Below, one piece after another: positions 40,419-51,007 of a stretch of 64,000 bases of DNA; the stretch's first letter is position 1; every line of letters starts with the position of its first letter. The notes beneath the pieces are model-generated. The model was given only the letters and a program-made list of their open reading frames with translations. It did not search any database and was not told where the DNA came from. The position numbers were made by a program, and so were the translations under genes. Source of the stretch: a bacterium (GTDB lineage Bacteria; Patescibacteriota; Minisyncoccia; UBA6257; JAGOQP01); contig JAJYXK010000007.1 in assembly GCA_021801825.1 (NCBI GenBank), positions 24,509 through 88,508 of the forward strand, given 5' to 3'.

Positions 40419-40492
40419 GGCCCTATCGTCTAGCCTGGTCAGGACACAGGATTTTCATTCCTGTAACCCGGGTTCAAATCCCGGTGGGGTCA
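40419..40492 (+). tRNA. tRNA-Glu (TTC)
   Basis: ATCGTCTAGCCTGGTCAGGAC D arm; CAGGA-TT-TTC-AT-TCCTG; GGTTCAAATCC. Confidence 0.95.
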
Positions 40493-40788
40493 CACCTTTT
40501 TAAAATCACTCCTATAGGAGTGATTTTAAAATAGCTATACCACCGGGATTTGATGAGTATTCAAAAAAATGCAACCTGCTTTGCGTTTTTCTGAAACCCG
40601 GGCTTTGAAGGAGGAGCGAAGCATGTGCATAAGCACGGCGAAGCGACGGGTGAAAAGAAATCCGCTTGCCTCGCTTCGCAAGTCGAAGCGGGGTGTGGTT
40701 ACCCCGTAAAAAACAAATCATCACACCTTCCAATTTTAATTTCACCCATTCTGCGATATACTTATAGGAAATATAACACAATATATTT

Positions 40789-41451
40789 ATGCAATTATTT
40801 ACTATAAAAGAAGCGCTCTCATATGGATGGGAAACGCTTAAGAAAAATTTTTGGTTTTTGGTGGGGGTGTTCGCATTCATTATTGTGGTAAGCGGAATAG
40901 TTTCATCTATTTCTGAATATGCCACCAAACATAATATGGATGCGATATCTGCGGTTGTGCAGTTACTTGGATTCTTAATACAACTAATGCTTGGTATTGG
41001 TTCCACACGCATTGCGCTTGATATATATAATGGAGCACCCACTTCTTTCAAAAAGTTATTTGTTTTTGATAAAACATTTTGGCCTTATTTAGGCGCAACA
41101 CTTTTATACATAATTATAGTGACGGTAGGTTTTGTCTTACTTGTCATCCCAGGATTTATATGGATGATAAAGTATCAACTCTATCCATGGTTAGTTATTG
41201 ATAAGGGCATGAGCAGTAAAGAGGCAATAAAAGCAAGTGGAGTTATTACAAAGGGGAGCAGGAACAGACTTCTTCTATTTTGGATAACCAGCATAGGGAT
41301 ATCTTTTGTAGGGATTCTAATAGTGGGAGTGGGACTTTTCCCTGCGGTTGCACTATTATTCATGGCAAATGCGTATATATATAAGAAGCTATCCACAAAA
41401 CTTGATCAGATGGTTCCGTTAGTGGCTTCGGCAGAGGGAACGGCGCAATAA
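40789..41451 (+). CDS. Integral membrane protein
   Basis: Multi-TM; G..LLVIPG, AIK.S...TKG pattern. Confidence 0.8.
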   Translation: MQLFTIKEALSYGWETLKKNFWFLVGVFAFIIVVSGIVSSISEYATKHNMDAISAVVQLLGFLIQLMLGIGSTRIALDIYNGAPTSFKKLFVFDKTFWPYLGATLLYIIIVTVGFVLLVIPGFIWMIKYQLYPWLVIDKGMSSKEAIKASGVITKGSRNRLLLFWITSIGISFVGILIVGVGLFPAVALLFMANAYIYKKLSTKLDQMVPLVASAEGTAQ

Positions 41452-41553
41452 ATACCATAAAAACAAATGCTCTCCACACAAGAGCATTTGCGTATCTAAA
41501 AATTTTTATGTGTGCTATTATGTAAACTCATAAATATAAGTAATCTATTTTTT

Positions 41554-42354
41554 ATGGATCAAAAACAACACGATATCATAAAAGCGGAGCATTCATTTGA
41601 GAAAGTTCAGAGCAAAAATACGCTTATTATTAGCGCGTCAATTATTTTAGGGGCAGTTATTGTAGGGGTGTGTGTACTCTATGCAGGAAGCATATTTAAA
41701 TCCATTGGAGACACCGGAAGTCAAGTTGTAAACAATCCGACCAATAATGCCGCACCGCAGGCGGGAGGTACCGCGACCCCAGAAGAAACGAAACAGATCC
41801 TTTCTGTAAAATCAGACGATTATGTATGGGGAAATCCACAAGCACCGGTAAAATTAGTTTTATTTACTGATCTTGAATGTCCATTCTGTAAGAGATTTGA
41901 CGAAACACTGAACTCCGTTATGAAAACATATGGAAAAGATGGAAAACTTGCAGTGGTGTATAGACATTTCCCGCTTACTAACATTCACAAAAAAGCCCTT
42001 CCTGAGGCTCAAGCGTTAGAGTGCGCGGGTAAATTGGGTGGCAACGAAGCTTTTTGGAAATTTGTATCTCGCGTTTTCTCGGTGACTCCATCAAACGATG
42101 GACTTGATCCAAAAGAATTGCCAAATATCGCTTCATTTATTGGTTTGGATGTAAAAGCATTTACCGCATGTCAGAACAATAATAATTTTTCCGATAAAAT
42201 TCAGAGAGAACAACAAGAAGGAGTTAAAATTGGTGTTCAGGGAACTCCGCACAGCGTGGTGGTGGCTCAAAATGGGAAAACCTTTGTTATCAACGGGGCT
42301 CAAGATGAAACAAGCGTAAAATCTATTATTGATACCGCGTTGCAGGAAAAATAA
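41554..42354 (+). CDS. DsbA/thioredoxin-fold protein (BdbD-like)
   Basis: FTDLECPFC, YRHFPL, GVQGTP; N-terminal TM. Confidence 0.92.
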   Translation: MDQKQHDIIKAEHSFEKVQSKNTLIISASIILGAVIVGVCVLYAGSIFKSIGDTGSQVVNNPTNNAAPQAGGTATPEETKQILSVKSDDYVWGNPQAPVKLVLFTDLECPFCKRFDETLNSVMKTYGKDGKLAVVYRHFPLTNIHKKALPEAQALECAGKLGGNEAFWKFVSRVFSVTPSNDGLDPKELPNIASFIGLDVKAFTACQNNNNFSDKIQREQQEGVKIGVQGTPHSVVVAQNGKTFVINGAQDETSVKSIIDTALQEK

Positions 42355-42378
42355 TTTACAAAAGATATTAGTGTAATT

Positions 42379-42903
42379 ATGAATAACACCGTATCCGTGC
42401 TTAAGCGACCGGCATATCTTCTCTGTACTATTGGGGGTATGCTAGTAGGATATAGTGTTATTTCTTTTTCTATCCACGCTTCTCTAATTATTTCTCTCCT
42501 CGCCTCAGCTCATTCTTTTAAGGTTATTCCAGTGGTTCTTCATATTCTTATGTGGGGAACTTATGCGGTAGGTGGGTGGATTACGGTTACTACGAGTGTG
42601 ATTACATCTTTTTTATGGGGAGTGGTTATTGCTCTGGGTATATATTATATGCGTCACGCAAAAACCATTCACGTTATTATGTCGTCAGGAATTAGGGGTG
42701 TTATTGCTTTAGTGGGAGGAGTGTTGAGCGCGGGGTGTTGGGCGTGTGGAGGGGTATTATTAGCCCCTCTTGTTGGCATGATTGCTGGTGGCGTTTCGGT
42801 GACATTACTATATATTGGGGGAACCGTTATGACCTCCATCAGTTTTGGGCTCTTGGCATATTCTATTTATAAATTAGATAGAGCAATTGGACGATTGGGC
42901 TAA
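42379..42903 (+). CDS. Four-TM membrane protein with CxxC
   Basis: AGCWACGG within a hydrophobic protein directly after the DsbA gene. Confidence 0.7.
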   Translation: MNNTVSVLKRPAYLLCTIGGMLVGYSVISFSIHASLIISLLASAHSFKVIPVVLHILMWGTYAVGGWITVTTSVITSFLWGVVIALGIYYMRHAKTIHVIMSSGIRGVIALVGGVLSAGCWACGGVLLAPLVGMIAGGVSVTLLYIGGTVMTSISFGLLAYSIYKLDRAIGRLG

Positions 42904-42962
42904 AAATAGGAAAGGGTTGACCCACGGGGCAATTTTGCCATATGATAGTGGGTACCATTGTT

Positions 42963-44474
42963 ATGATTGATAAAAGTACTGGATATTATCGTTGGATGGA
43001 AATAGTCCCCGCGTTGTTAGTGTGGGGAACTTTTGTGTTAATGATTTTATTGTCATTTCTAGTTCCTGCAGCGGTTGCTATCTTTATTATTCTATTTGAT
43101 GTGTATTGGTTCCTAAAAACGGTATATTTTGCGGTGTATTTACGTAGTAGCTATAAGAAACTACGCGCAAACTTAGCGGTTAATTGGTTAGAAAAACTAA
43201 AAACAGACGAACGCACAAGCTCTCGCTGGAATGATGTACATCACGTAATTCTTCTTCCTATGTATAAAGAGGAATATTCTGTGGTTAGAGAAACATTTGT
43301 CAGATTGTCTCAGTCAAATTATCCAAAAGAGAAATTTTTTGTTGGACTTGGATTTGAAGAACGCGCGGGAATAGAAGTACAAGAGATAGGAAAGAAGATA
43401 CAAGAAGAATTTGGTAATACTTTTGGAGCTCTCGTTATTACCGTGCACCCATCAAATCTTCCTGGAGAAAAACCAGGAAAGAGCTCTCATGAGTCATGGA
43501 TGGCACAAGAGATGAAAAAACAAGTATTGGATCCTCGTCAGATTGTATACACCAACATTATCGCCTCTGTATTTGATGTTGATACGCAAATATTTCCTAA
43601 TTATTTTGGTATTCTTACACATACATTTCTTACCACCGAAAAACCGCTTCGCTCTAGCTATCAACCAGTACCATTTTTCTCCAACAATGTTTTTGAGGTT
43701 CCCGCGCTTTCACGTATTATTGGGTTTTCGGGAACGTTCTGGCATCTTATGCAACAATCAACTCCAGAGAAGTTGGTTACTTTTTCTTCTCACTCTATGC
43801 CATATCAGGCACTTATAGATATTGGATTTTGGCACAAAGATATTGTTTCCGAAGATTCTCGCATATTTTTTCAATGCTTAACACATTATGATGGAGATTG
43901 GCGTACCGTTCCGTTGTTTTACCCCGTCTCCATGGATGCGATCATCGCAAAATCATTCTGGGGAACCATGCTTAATTTATATAAACAACAACGTCGCTGG
44001 GCATGGGGATCTGAAAATATTGCGTATCTTTTCTCTGCTTTTAAAGAAAATAAAAAAATATCACTTCGTCAGAAATTATTCTGGAAGTTTAATATTTTAG
44101 AAGGGTTTCATTCTTGGGCAACAAATTCAATTATGATTTTTGCTTTAGGGTGGCTTCCTATTATTATGGGAGGGCAAGGATTTCGCATTACCTTATTAGC
44201 ATACAATCTTCCAAATATTACACAGTGGATTTTAACAGGGGCGTCATTTGGTATTGTAACCACGGCGGCATTGAGTCTCTTTTTGTTACCTCCGCGTCCC
44301 GAAGGATTCCGCTGGTATCATTATTTTTATTATTTCATTTCATGGTTATTGATGCCTATAACGTTAACGGTATTTGGCGCATTCCCCGCGATTGATGCGC
44401 AAACTCGTTTGGCAATATCGGGGAAATTCAGATTGGATTTTTGGGTAACACCGAAGCATCGCAAGGGAGCATAA
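42963..44474 (+). CDS. Membrane GT2 glycosyltransferase (processive type)
   Basis: LPMYKE, FDVD, SEDSRIF, QQRRWAWG (QxxRW). Confidence 0.9.
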   Translation: MIDKSTGYYRWMEIVPALLVWGTFVLMILLSFLVPAAVAIFIILFDVYWFLKTVYFAVYLRSSYKKLRANLAVNWLEKLKTDERTSSRWNDVHHVILLPMYKEEYSVVRETFVRLSQSNYPKEKFFVGLGFEERAGIEVQEIGKKIQEEFGNTFGALVITVHPSNLPGEKPGKSSHESWMAQEMKKQVLDPRQIVYTNIIASVFDVDTQIFPNYFGILTHTFLTTEKPLRSSYQPVPFFSNNVFEVPALSRIIGFSGTFWHLMQQSTPEKLVTFSSHSMPYQALIDIGFWHKDIVSEDSRIFFQCLTHYDGDWRTVPLFYPVSMDAIIAKSFWGTMLNLYKQQRRWAWGSENIAYLFSAFKENKKISLRQKLFWKFNILEGFHSWATNSIMIFALGWLPIIMGGQGFRITLLAYNLPNITQWILTGASFGIVTTAALSLFLLPPRPEGFRWYHYFYYFISWLLMPITLTVFGAFPAIDAQTRLAISGKFRLDFWVTPKHRKGA

Positions 44475-44654
44475 TGATCAATTTTTAACTTCTAATTTTG
44501 GATAACACTCCCATCCTAACATATTGGGATGAGAGTGTTTTATTATATTGCTTTTTTGTGAAAATGTGGTAGCGTATAAAAATGCGGACGGTACACAAAA
44601 TATATATAACCCCCGCATAAATGAACATTTATAACTAGTTAAGGAGGACTTGCC

Positions 44655-45497
44655 ATGGGCAACCCTACAACAGCAAGACAGCTCGATAAACTTTTTGATT
44701 CGGCGCGTCCACTGTTTGATAACAGTGAAGCCATGCAAAAATTTTTAGGATCTGGTCTTTTCTCTGATCTGGTAAAAAGTTTCGAAAATGGAAATGGAGA
44801 AAATATCTCGAGAAACGAGTTCAGGAAGGTATCAAAACTTCCGTTCTATCAAACCGTGGAAGTTGCAAAAGAGATTTTAGGAGAGCGCCGTGTTCTGTAT
44901 AAAAGGCCATTCTCTCCAGAAAATCCAAAGGGTTTCAATTTTGACCTTATCCCATATTTTAAAGAGACACTCTTATGGGCAAAGGATCAGAATGAAAAAG
45001 AAGATAGAAATATCTGCTTGGTTGAAATCCCCGGCTCAACCGGAAGCACCTTCTCAGAAATACAAGCTGATCTCATCAGGGACAACAAAGATTTTGATTT
45101 TCTGAATAACGATAAAACCAAAAAAGAATGTTCTAATCCCGAGCTCTTTAGTATTTTTAGAGAAGCACATAGGGTTTGGGAAGGATATTATCTTGTTGAT
45201 TTCGGAGAGAAAAAACTTGTACTTTTTTCTGAAGAGAGAAAAAGAAGAGATTATTTATCGGTTCCTTCGGCGTGTTTATTCCTTTATTTCCTTGGAAAAT
45301 TCTTCAAAATTACAGGAAGATATTGGATGTCTCGTTCCGGCGATAGCCTTTCTAAAAGATCTCTTATTTGCATTAGGATGGTAGACTCTACATTGAAACT
45401 GGAGATTTCAGTAGAGGAAAATCATAGTAACGCCGTTTTTATTGGAGACTCCATAGATGGAGAAGATATTCACCTCATCAAACGCGATGAGTACTAA
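44655..45497 (+). CDS. Hypothetical protein
   Basis: AAGGAGG SD, 280-aa ORF, terminator CTGCGGCC-TAT-GGCCGCAG-TTTTT. Confidence 0.75.
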   Translation: MGNPTTARQLDKLFDSARPLFDNSEAMQKFLGSGLFSDLVKSFENGNGENISRNEFRKVSKLPFYQTVEVAKEILGERRVLYKRPFSPENPKGFNFDLIPYFKETLLWAKDQNEKEDRNICLVEIPGSTGSTFSEIQADLIRDNKDFDFLNNDKTKKECSNPELFSIFREAHRVWEGYYLVDFGEKKLVLFSEERKRRDYLSVPSACLFLYFLGKFFKITGRYWMSRSGDSLSKRSLICIRMVDSTLKLEISVEENHSNAVFIGDSIDGEDIHLIKRDEY

Positions 45498-45576
45498 GTG
45501 GATTATTGTGCTGCGGCCTATGGCCGCAGTTTTTATATTCTCAAGAGAGGAAATATGATACAATAGAAAAAATTTT

Positions 45577-47994
45577 ATGAAACCATTTATTAAATTAATT
45601 CGTGAACTAACGATACATGATATTCCGGAGGTCGGTGGTAAAAACGCATCATTGGGAGAAATGTTTAAGCATTTGGAACCAAAGGGTGTTCGTATTCCTG
45701 ATGGATTTGTAGTTACAGCAACTGCCTATAAACATTTTATTGCTGAAGGAAAAGTAAAAGACACTACTTTAAAAGATTTTATAGAGCAAACGTTGAAAGG
45801 ATTGAATACAAAGGACCTGAAACAGCTTCAGCACGTAGGGAAATTGATTCGTGAGGCGATAACTTCAGCTCATATGCCCGAGGATTTAGAAAAAGACATT
45901 CGTTTTGCATATAAACAAATGGAGCGGCAATATAAGAAAAATGTAGATGTCGCGGTGCGTTCTTCGGCAACCGCAGAAGATTTGCCAGGAGCTTCGTTTG
46001 CGGGACAGCAAGAGACATTTCTCAATATTTGTGGGGCTGATATGTTAATGCGCGCGGTCCAAAAATGTATTGCCTCATTATTTACTGATAGAGCGATTTC
46101 TTACCGACACGATAAGGGATTTGACCATACAGACATTGCGCTTTCGGTGGGAGTACAAAAAATGGTCCGTTCTGATTTGGGGGCGTCGGGAATTATGTTT
46201 ACCGTAGATACTGAATCAGGTTTTAAAGATGTGGTGAATATAAACGCAACCTGGGGATTGGGAGAAATGATTGTGCAAGGAGAAGTTATCCCTGATGAGT
46301 ACTTGGTTTTTAAACCGTTTGTTGGAAATAAAAAACTAGTGCCGATTTTGAGCAAGAAGTTGGGAAAGAAAGAGGAAAAAATGGTTTATGCAACAGGTGA
46401 GAAGCCAACAAAAATTGTTTCGGTTGATGAAAAAGACAGAAACACATTTGTGTTGAGTGATAAGGAAATTCTTACCTTGGCGCAATGGGGAGTTTATATT
46501 GAAGAGCACTATACTGCAGTGCATAAGAAATGGACTCCTATGGATATGGAATGGGCAAAAGATGGAGAAACGGGGAAATTATATATGGTACAAGCGCGCC
46601 CCGAGACGGTGCAGGCGCAGAAAGATTTCACTCGCTATGTTGAATATAAACGGGTGGAAGATGGCGCTTCTATGGTGACGGGGGCATCAGTGGGAAGTTC
46701 CATTGTTTCAGGAATGGCTCGAGTAATTTTAGATGTGAAAGACATCTACGAATTTCGAAAGGGAGAAATTTTGGTAACCGATATGACTGATCCCGATTGG
46801 GAGCCGATTATGAAAATTGCTTCGGGAATTGTGACGGATAAAGGAGGGCGCACTTCACACGCGGCAATTATTTCTCGTGAACTTGGAATTCCCTGTGTAG
46901 TAGGCAGTGTGGAGGCAACGAAGAAAATAAAAACGGGAGATGTAATTACCATTGATACTACAGGGAGCGAGGGAGTTATTCTGAAAGGAAATTTGAAATA
47001 TACACGCAAGGAACACAATATTGGAAAACTGAAACAACCAAAGGTAAAAATCATGATGAATATTGCTACGCCCGATACCGCATTTGAAAAATCATTTATC
47101 CCAAATAGCGGAGTGGGGCTTGCGCGGGAAGAATTTATTATTGCCTCTGCTATTGGCATTCACCCGAACCTTTTGGTTGATTTTGATAAACTAAAAAAAC
47201 AGGGTCATGATGAAAAAACGATACAGTTACTCAAAGAGGTAGAGAAGCGAACGCCTGGATATACTGACAAAGCGCAATACTATGTAGATATGCTTGCATA
47301 TGGAATTGCAAAAATAGGCGCGGCGTTTTATCCCAAGCCAGTTATTGTACGCTTCTCTGATTTTAAAACAAATGAATACAGACAATTAGTTGGTGGAGAT
47401 TTATATGAGCCACATGAAGAGAATCCTATGATTGGATGGCGCGGCGCTTCCCGATATTATCACCCCTTATTTACAGACGCGTTTTGGTTGGAATTAATGG
47501 CATTAAAAAAAGTTCGTCAAGAAATGGGACTTACGAATGTACAGGCGATGGTTCCGTTTTGCCGTACACCCGAAGAAGGGAAAAAAGTAAAGTCGCTTAT
47601 CAAAAAAGCGGGATTGTTAAAAGATGGTATGAAAGTTCATGTAATGTGTGAAATCCCCGCAAACATTATTCGCGCGAAAGAATTTTTAGAGATCTTTGAT
47701 GGGATGAGTATCGGATCCAATGATTTGACACAGCTGTTGTTAGGAATTGATCGTGATGGTAATGAACGGATTAGAAGTATTAGTAATGAAACTGATGACG
47801 CGGTAACTCAGACAATTTCTGAAATTATAAAAATATGTCGCAAAGACGGAAAATATATTGGTATTTGCGGACAAGCCCCTTCAGACATTCCGGAGTTTGC
47901 GCGATTTATTGCAAAAGCGGGAATTGAAAGTATTTCATTAAGCCCCGACTCAGTTATAAAAACATTAGTTGATTTTGATAGAATGGGGTTGTAG
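45577..47994 (+). CDS. ppsA: Phosphoenolpyruvate synthase
   Basis: VGGKNASLGEM, VAVRSSATAED, GGRTSHAAI, SIGSNDLTQ, GICGQAPSD. Confidence 0.97.
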   Translation: MKPFIKLIRELTIHDIPEVGGKNASLGEMFKHLEPKGVRIPDGFVVTATAYKHFIAEGKVKDTTLKDFIEQTLKGLNTKDLKQLQHVGKLIREAITSAHMPEDLEKDIRFAYKQMERQYKKNVDVAVRSSATAEDLPGASFAGQQETFLNICGADMLMRAVQKCIASLFTDRAISYRHDKGFDHTDIALSVGVQKMVRSDLGASGIMFTVDTESGFKDVVNINATWGLGEMIVQGEVIPDEYLVFKPFVGNKKLVPILSKKLGKKEEKMVYATGEKPTKIVSVDEKDRNTFVLSDKEILTLAQWGVYIEEHYTAVHKKWTPMDMEWAKDGETGKLYMVQARPETVQAQKDFTRYVEYKRVEDGASMVTGASVGSSIVSGMARVILDVKDIYEFRKGEILVTDMTDPDWEPIMKIASGIVTDKGGRTSHAAIISRELGIPCVVGSVEATKKIKTGDVITIDTTGSEGVILKGNLKYTRKEHNIGKLKQPKVKIMMNIATPDTAFEKSFIPNSGVGLAREEFIIASAIGIHPNLLVDFDKLKKQGHDEKTIQLLKEVEKRTPGYTDKAQYYVDMLAYGIAKIGAAFYPKPVIVRFSDFKTNEYRQLVGGDLYEPHEENPMIGWRGASRYYHPLFTDAFWLELMALKKVRQEMGLTNVQAMVPFCRTPEEGKKVKSLIKKAGLLKDGMKVHVMCEIPANIIRAKEFLEIFDGMSIGSNDLTQLLLGIDRDGNERIRSISNETDDAVTQTISEIIKICRKDGKYIGICGQAPSDIPEFARFIAKAGIESISLSPDSVIKTLVDFDRMGL

Positions 47995-48027
47995 AAGAAG
48001 TAACTAGTTATGAGGGGGTAGGACTTA

Positions 48028-48082
48028 GCTCACCTCGCTGAGTCGAAGCGGGCTCGCCTCGCTAAAGCTATAGCGAAGCGGG
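48028..48082. repeat. Tandem pair of GCTYRCCTCGCT-Nx-CGAAGCGGG elements
   Basis: Two units here and a third at 40664-40692. Confidence 0.7.
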
Positions 48083-48186
48083 TGAATGGTGGTTAGACAG
48101 TAATAATTAGATTTTCTGAAAATAATGAAACCCCGGAGGAATCCGGGGCTTTTAAACAGATGAGCAATGATAATAAAGCGGAAAAA

Positions 48187-48603
48187 TTATGGAATAACTT
48201 TTATTTTTCTAGTCATTAACACCCCTAACAAGGATATTATCATCCCCGCAATCAAGCTTGGGTATGTAACGTTATCGCTCCAGTCAGTAGGAATTTTGAA
48301 GAAGATATTGGCTACCACAATACTTGAGGCTATTATAGCTGTCATTCCCATCCCAACCGACAAAATAAAAGATATTGATAGAATCGACGAGTTTTTTTCT
48401 AGAAGCATGTCAGTGATAAATGCTAGGTATAAAAGAATGTTTAGGATTGAGAAGATAGCTAATGAGATAATGTAAGGCTCATCCTTACTTTTGTTTATGG
48501 AAAAATAAACGATGCTGAATATAGAAGGAAATAACAGAAAGAATACGAAAATTCCCATCAGTTTGATTTTCTCCAAGAACGATTTTTTTACTTCCAATTT
48601 CAT
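48187..48603 (-). CDS. Hypothetical four-TM membrane protein
   Basis: GGGGGA SD; hydrophobic ORF. Confidence 0.65.
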   Translation of the reverse strand: MKLEVKKSFLEKIKLMGIFVFFLLFPSIFSIVYFSINKSKDEPYIISLAIFSILNILLYLAFITDMLLEKNSSILSISFILSVGMGMTAIIASSIVVANIFFKIPTDWSDNVTYPSLIAGMIISLLGVLMTRKIKVIP

Positions 48604-48741
48604 GTTTCCCCCATCATCTTTTTTGTTTTTAAGTTAATGTGCTATTTACCTATTTTGAGACCACAAAATTTATGAGCTCAAAAAGGGTGTTCATCCTCAT
48701 CTTTTGTTTTAGAAAAGTGAAGATGAACGGAAATGGGGGAG

Positions 48742-49071
48742 TTAGAAGTTGAATGGCAGCCCTATTAGATTAGGGTGCCTTTTTTCTATAAAAATTTGTA
48801 TGTCTGTGTGGTCTTCTTTGCGGACCGGAGAAATTTTCACCGCTTTCACATTATTTTCTGTGAGGTATTCCTTTGAAGCCTTGAATCCAGGAACGACTAC
48901 AAAAGAATCTCTCCCTTCCTTGACCCCAATTAGAAAATACAATAGGCGTCCTTTATAAGGAACCGCTTTCCGCACGAGAATCGGAATATCGTCGTGAAAA
49001 CTTAATTTCATTAATAATCTTGGGCGCTCAACGAGCAAGAACTCCCTTAATAATTCTTTTCTTTTGGACAT
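48742..49071 (-). CDS. Hypothetical protein
   Basis: GGGGGA SD; 109-aa ORF. Confidence 0.6.
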   Translation of the reverse strand: MSKRKELLREFLLVERPRLLMKLSFHDDIPILVRKAVPYKGRLLYFLIGVKEGRDSFVVVPGFKASKEYLTENNVKAVKISPVRKEDHTDIQIFIEKRHPNLIGLPFNF

Positions 49072-49250
49072 ATGTCCCCCATTTATTATTTAGAAAAACT
49101 TTAATGTGCTAATTAACTGTGGGGTGATTGTATAATTAAAACATATAAATGTCAACTATGCCCAGATAGTAGAAATTCGCATACTTTGTACTAAAAAGGC
49201 GCATAGCGCCCAGCGAATTTAAAACTTGGTTAGAAATTGAAGGTGGTTAT

Positions 49251-50798
49251 TTACCCGTATAATAGTTGTTTTAGTAAACTTTCCCCACTCATATAGGGAG
49301 GTTTTGATAATCCAAGGAGCTCTAACACCGTAGGAGCTATATCAGTAAGAAGACCAATGGTCATGTGTTCACGTTGTTTTATAGTCATGGCATCTACGGG
49401 GCGGTAAAATCTTTTTCCTATTAAATAGACGGGTACGGGATTTGCATCATGTTTCGTTTCGGGTTCTCCGGTGGTGGGATTGAAAAGTCTCTCAGCATTA
49501 CCATGATCAGAGGTGATGATAAGTGTGGTGTTGTCTTTTTTTAATACTGTGGCTACTACTTTTGCAAGCTCTTCGTCTATTACATGAATTGCTTTTTCGG
49601 TAGCGGCATAATTTCCCGTGTGCGCAATCATGTCGGGATTTGCGTAATTCACCAGAATAAAATCAAATGTCTCTTCTTCAATGGCTTGCAGGAGGCGAGT
49701 AGTAATGGCGGGCGCCTGCATGGTGGGGTCATCATCTTGGCGGGGGAGCATGCGAGAGGGAATAAGAACGCGATATTCATTAGGAAACGGTTTGTCATTT
49801 AATCCATTAAAGAAAAAAGTGACATGGGCATATTTTTGGGTTTCAGCGATACGAAGTTGTGTTCTGCTTTGCTCGGCGAGTACCTTTCCTAAACAACCCT
49901 GAATTTTTTCCGGAGGGAACGCAATGGGAATGGTGAAATCTTCACGGAGGAGTGTCATAGAAGCAAAGTACACATTATTGAATTTCTTTACCGGAAATTG
50001 CGTAAAATAAGGATTTACAAAACTCTCTGCAATCTGTCTCATGCGGTCTTCACGGAAATTGAAAAAGAACACCGCATCATTATCGTGGATTGCATTTTCA
50101 CTAGAACCAATTCCTACGGGTAAAACGAACTCATCATTCAATTTCTTTGCGTAGGTTTGTTCTATGTGTTTTTGAATATCTCCTGATGCAATATATGGTC
50201 CCGTCCCCGTCAATGCCTCATAGGTGCGTTGTGTAAGATCCCAGTGTTTATCGCGATCCATGGCATAATATCGCCCCGAAACACTTCCCATATGATCAAG
50301 AGGAAACTGAGAAAGCGTTTTAAATCCGGCATAGGGATCGCTATCGCGTCCATCGGTGAAGAGATGTAAAACATAGGAAACCTGTTTTTGCTGCGCCATG
50401 GCAATAAGTTCCTTTAGATGTTCCGATGACGCGTGAATATTTGCTTGTCCTACTAGCCCTATTAAATGTATACGAGATTTATTTTGGAGCGCATGGTTAA
50501 ATGCATTGCAAATCGCGTCGTTTTTTTGAAAGGTTCCATCTTGGATTGCGAGACTGATACGAGGATAATGCTGATACATAATACTTCCGATTCCCATGGT
50601 AAGATGTCCTACTTCGCTATTACCCTCTTCTTTCCAGGGGAGTCCAACTGACATACCCGCTGACTGCAATGCGCCTGATGGAAAATTCTGCTTTACGTAT
50701 TCAAATGTTTTTGGTTTTACTTTATAGATGGGATTTGATTGATCATCTTGTCCAATACCCCAACCATCAAGAACCACAAGAACAACCGTATGTTTCAT
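49251..50798 (-). CDS. gpmI: 2,3-bisphosphoglycerate-independent phosphoglycerate mutase
   Basis: VLDGWG, GNSEVGH, GRYYAMDRD, AETQKYAHVTFFFNG, NPDMIAHTG, SDHGNAE. Confidence 0.97.
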   Translation of the reverse strand: MKHTVVLVVLDGWGIGQDDQSNPIYKVKPKTFEYVKQNFPSGALQSAGMSVGLPWKEEGNSEVGHLTMGIGSIMYQHYPRISLAIQDGTFQKNDAICNAFNHALQNKSRIHLIGLVGQANIHASSEHLKELIAMAQQKQVSYVLHLFTDGRDSDPYAGFKTLSQFPLDHMGSVSGRYYAMDRDKHWDLTQRTYEALTGTGPYIASGDIQKHIEQTYAKKLNDEFVLPVGIGSSENAIHDNDAVFFFNFREDRMRQIAESFVNPYFTQFPVKKFNNVYFASMTLLREDFTIPIAFPPEKIQGCLGKVLAEQSRTQLRIAETQKYAHVTFFFNGLNDKPFPNEYRVLIPSRMLPRQDDDPTMQAPAITTRLLQAIEEETFDFILVNYANPDMIAHTGNYAATEKAIHVIDEELAKVVATVLKKDNTTLIITSDHGNAERLFNPTTGEPETKHDANPVPVYLIGKRFYRPVDAMTIKQREHMTIGLLTDIAPTVLELLGLSKPPYMSGESLLKQLLYG

Positions 50799-51007
50799 AT
50801 ATAGTGAATGTCTGTGCATGCTAAGTATAGCATACCTTGCGGGCAGATTGACTCATATGAGAGGGGAGAGTATCATAGAAACATACCAGCATTACAAACT
50901 AACACATCTTCAGATGAATTCTTGTGTTATTCGGAACCAAATCTTTGAATATATAATGATCACAAGCGGAACCACACAACAGAGGAAGAATCTGGAGTTT
51001 TTTGGAT

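Noticed and set aside
40512-41051. 179-aa minus-strand ORF and similar shadow ORFs (14202..14657, 37875..38285, 46746..47159, 59425..59937)
   Set aside because: Antisense to well-supported genes or repeats, with no recognisable motifs
48600-48745. attC site or integron cassette array
   Set aside because: TTCTAAC at the gene end resembles R'', but there is no matching GTTRRRY box and no integrase in the window
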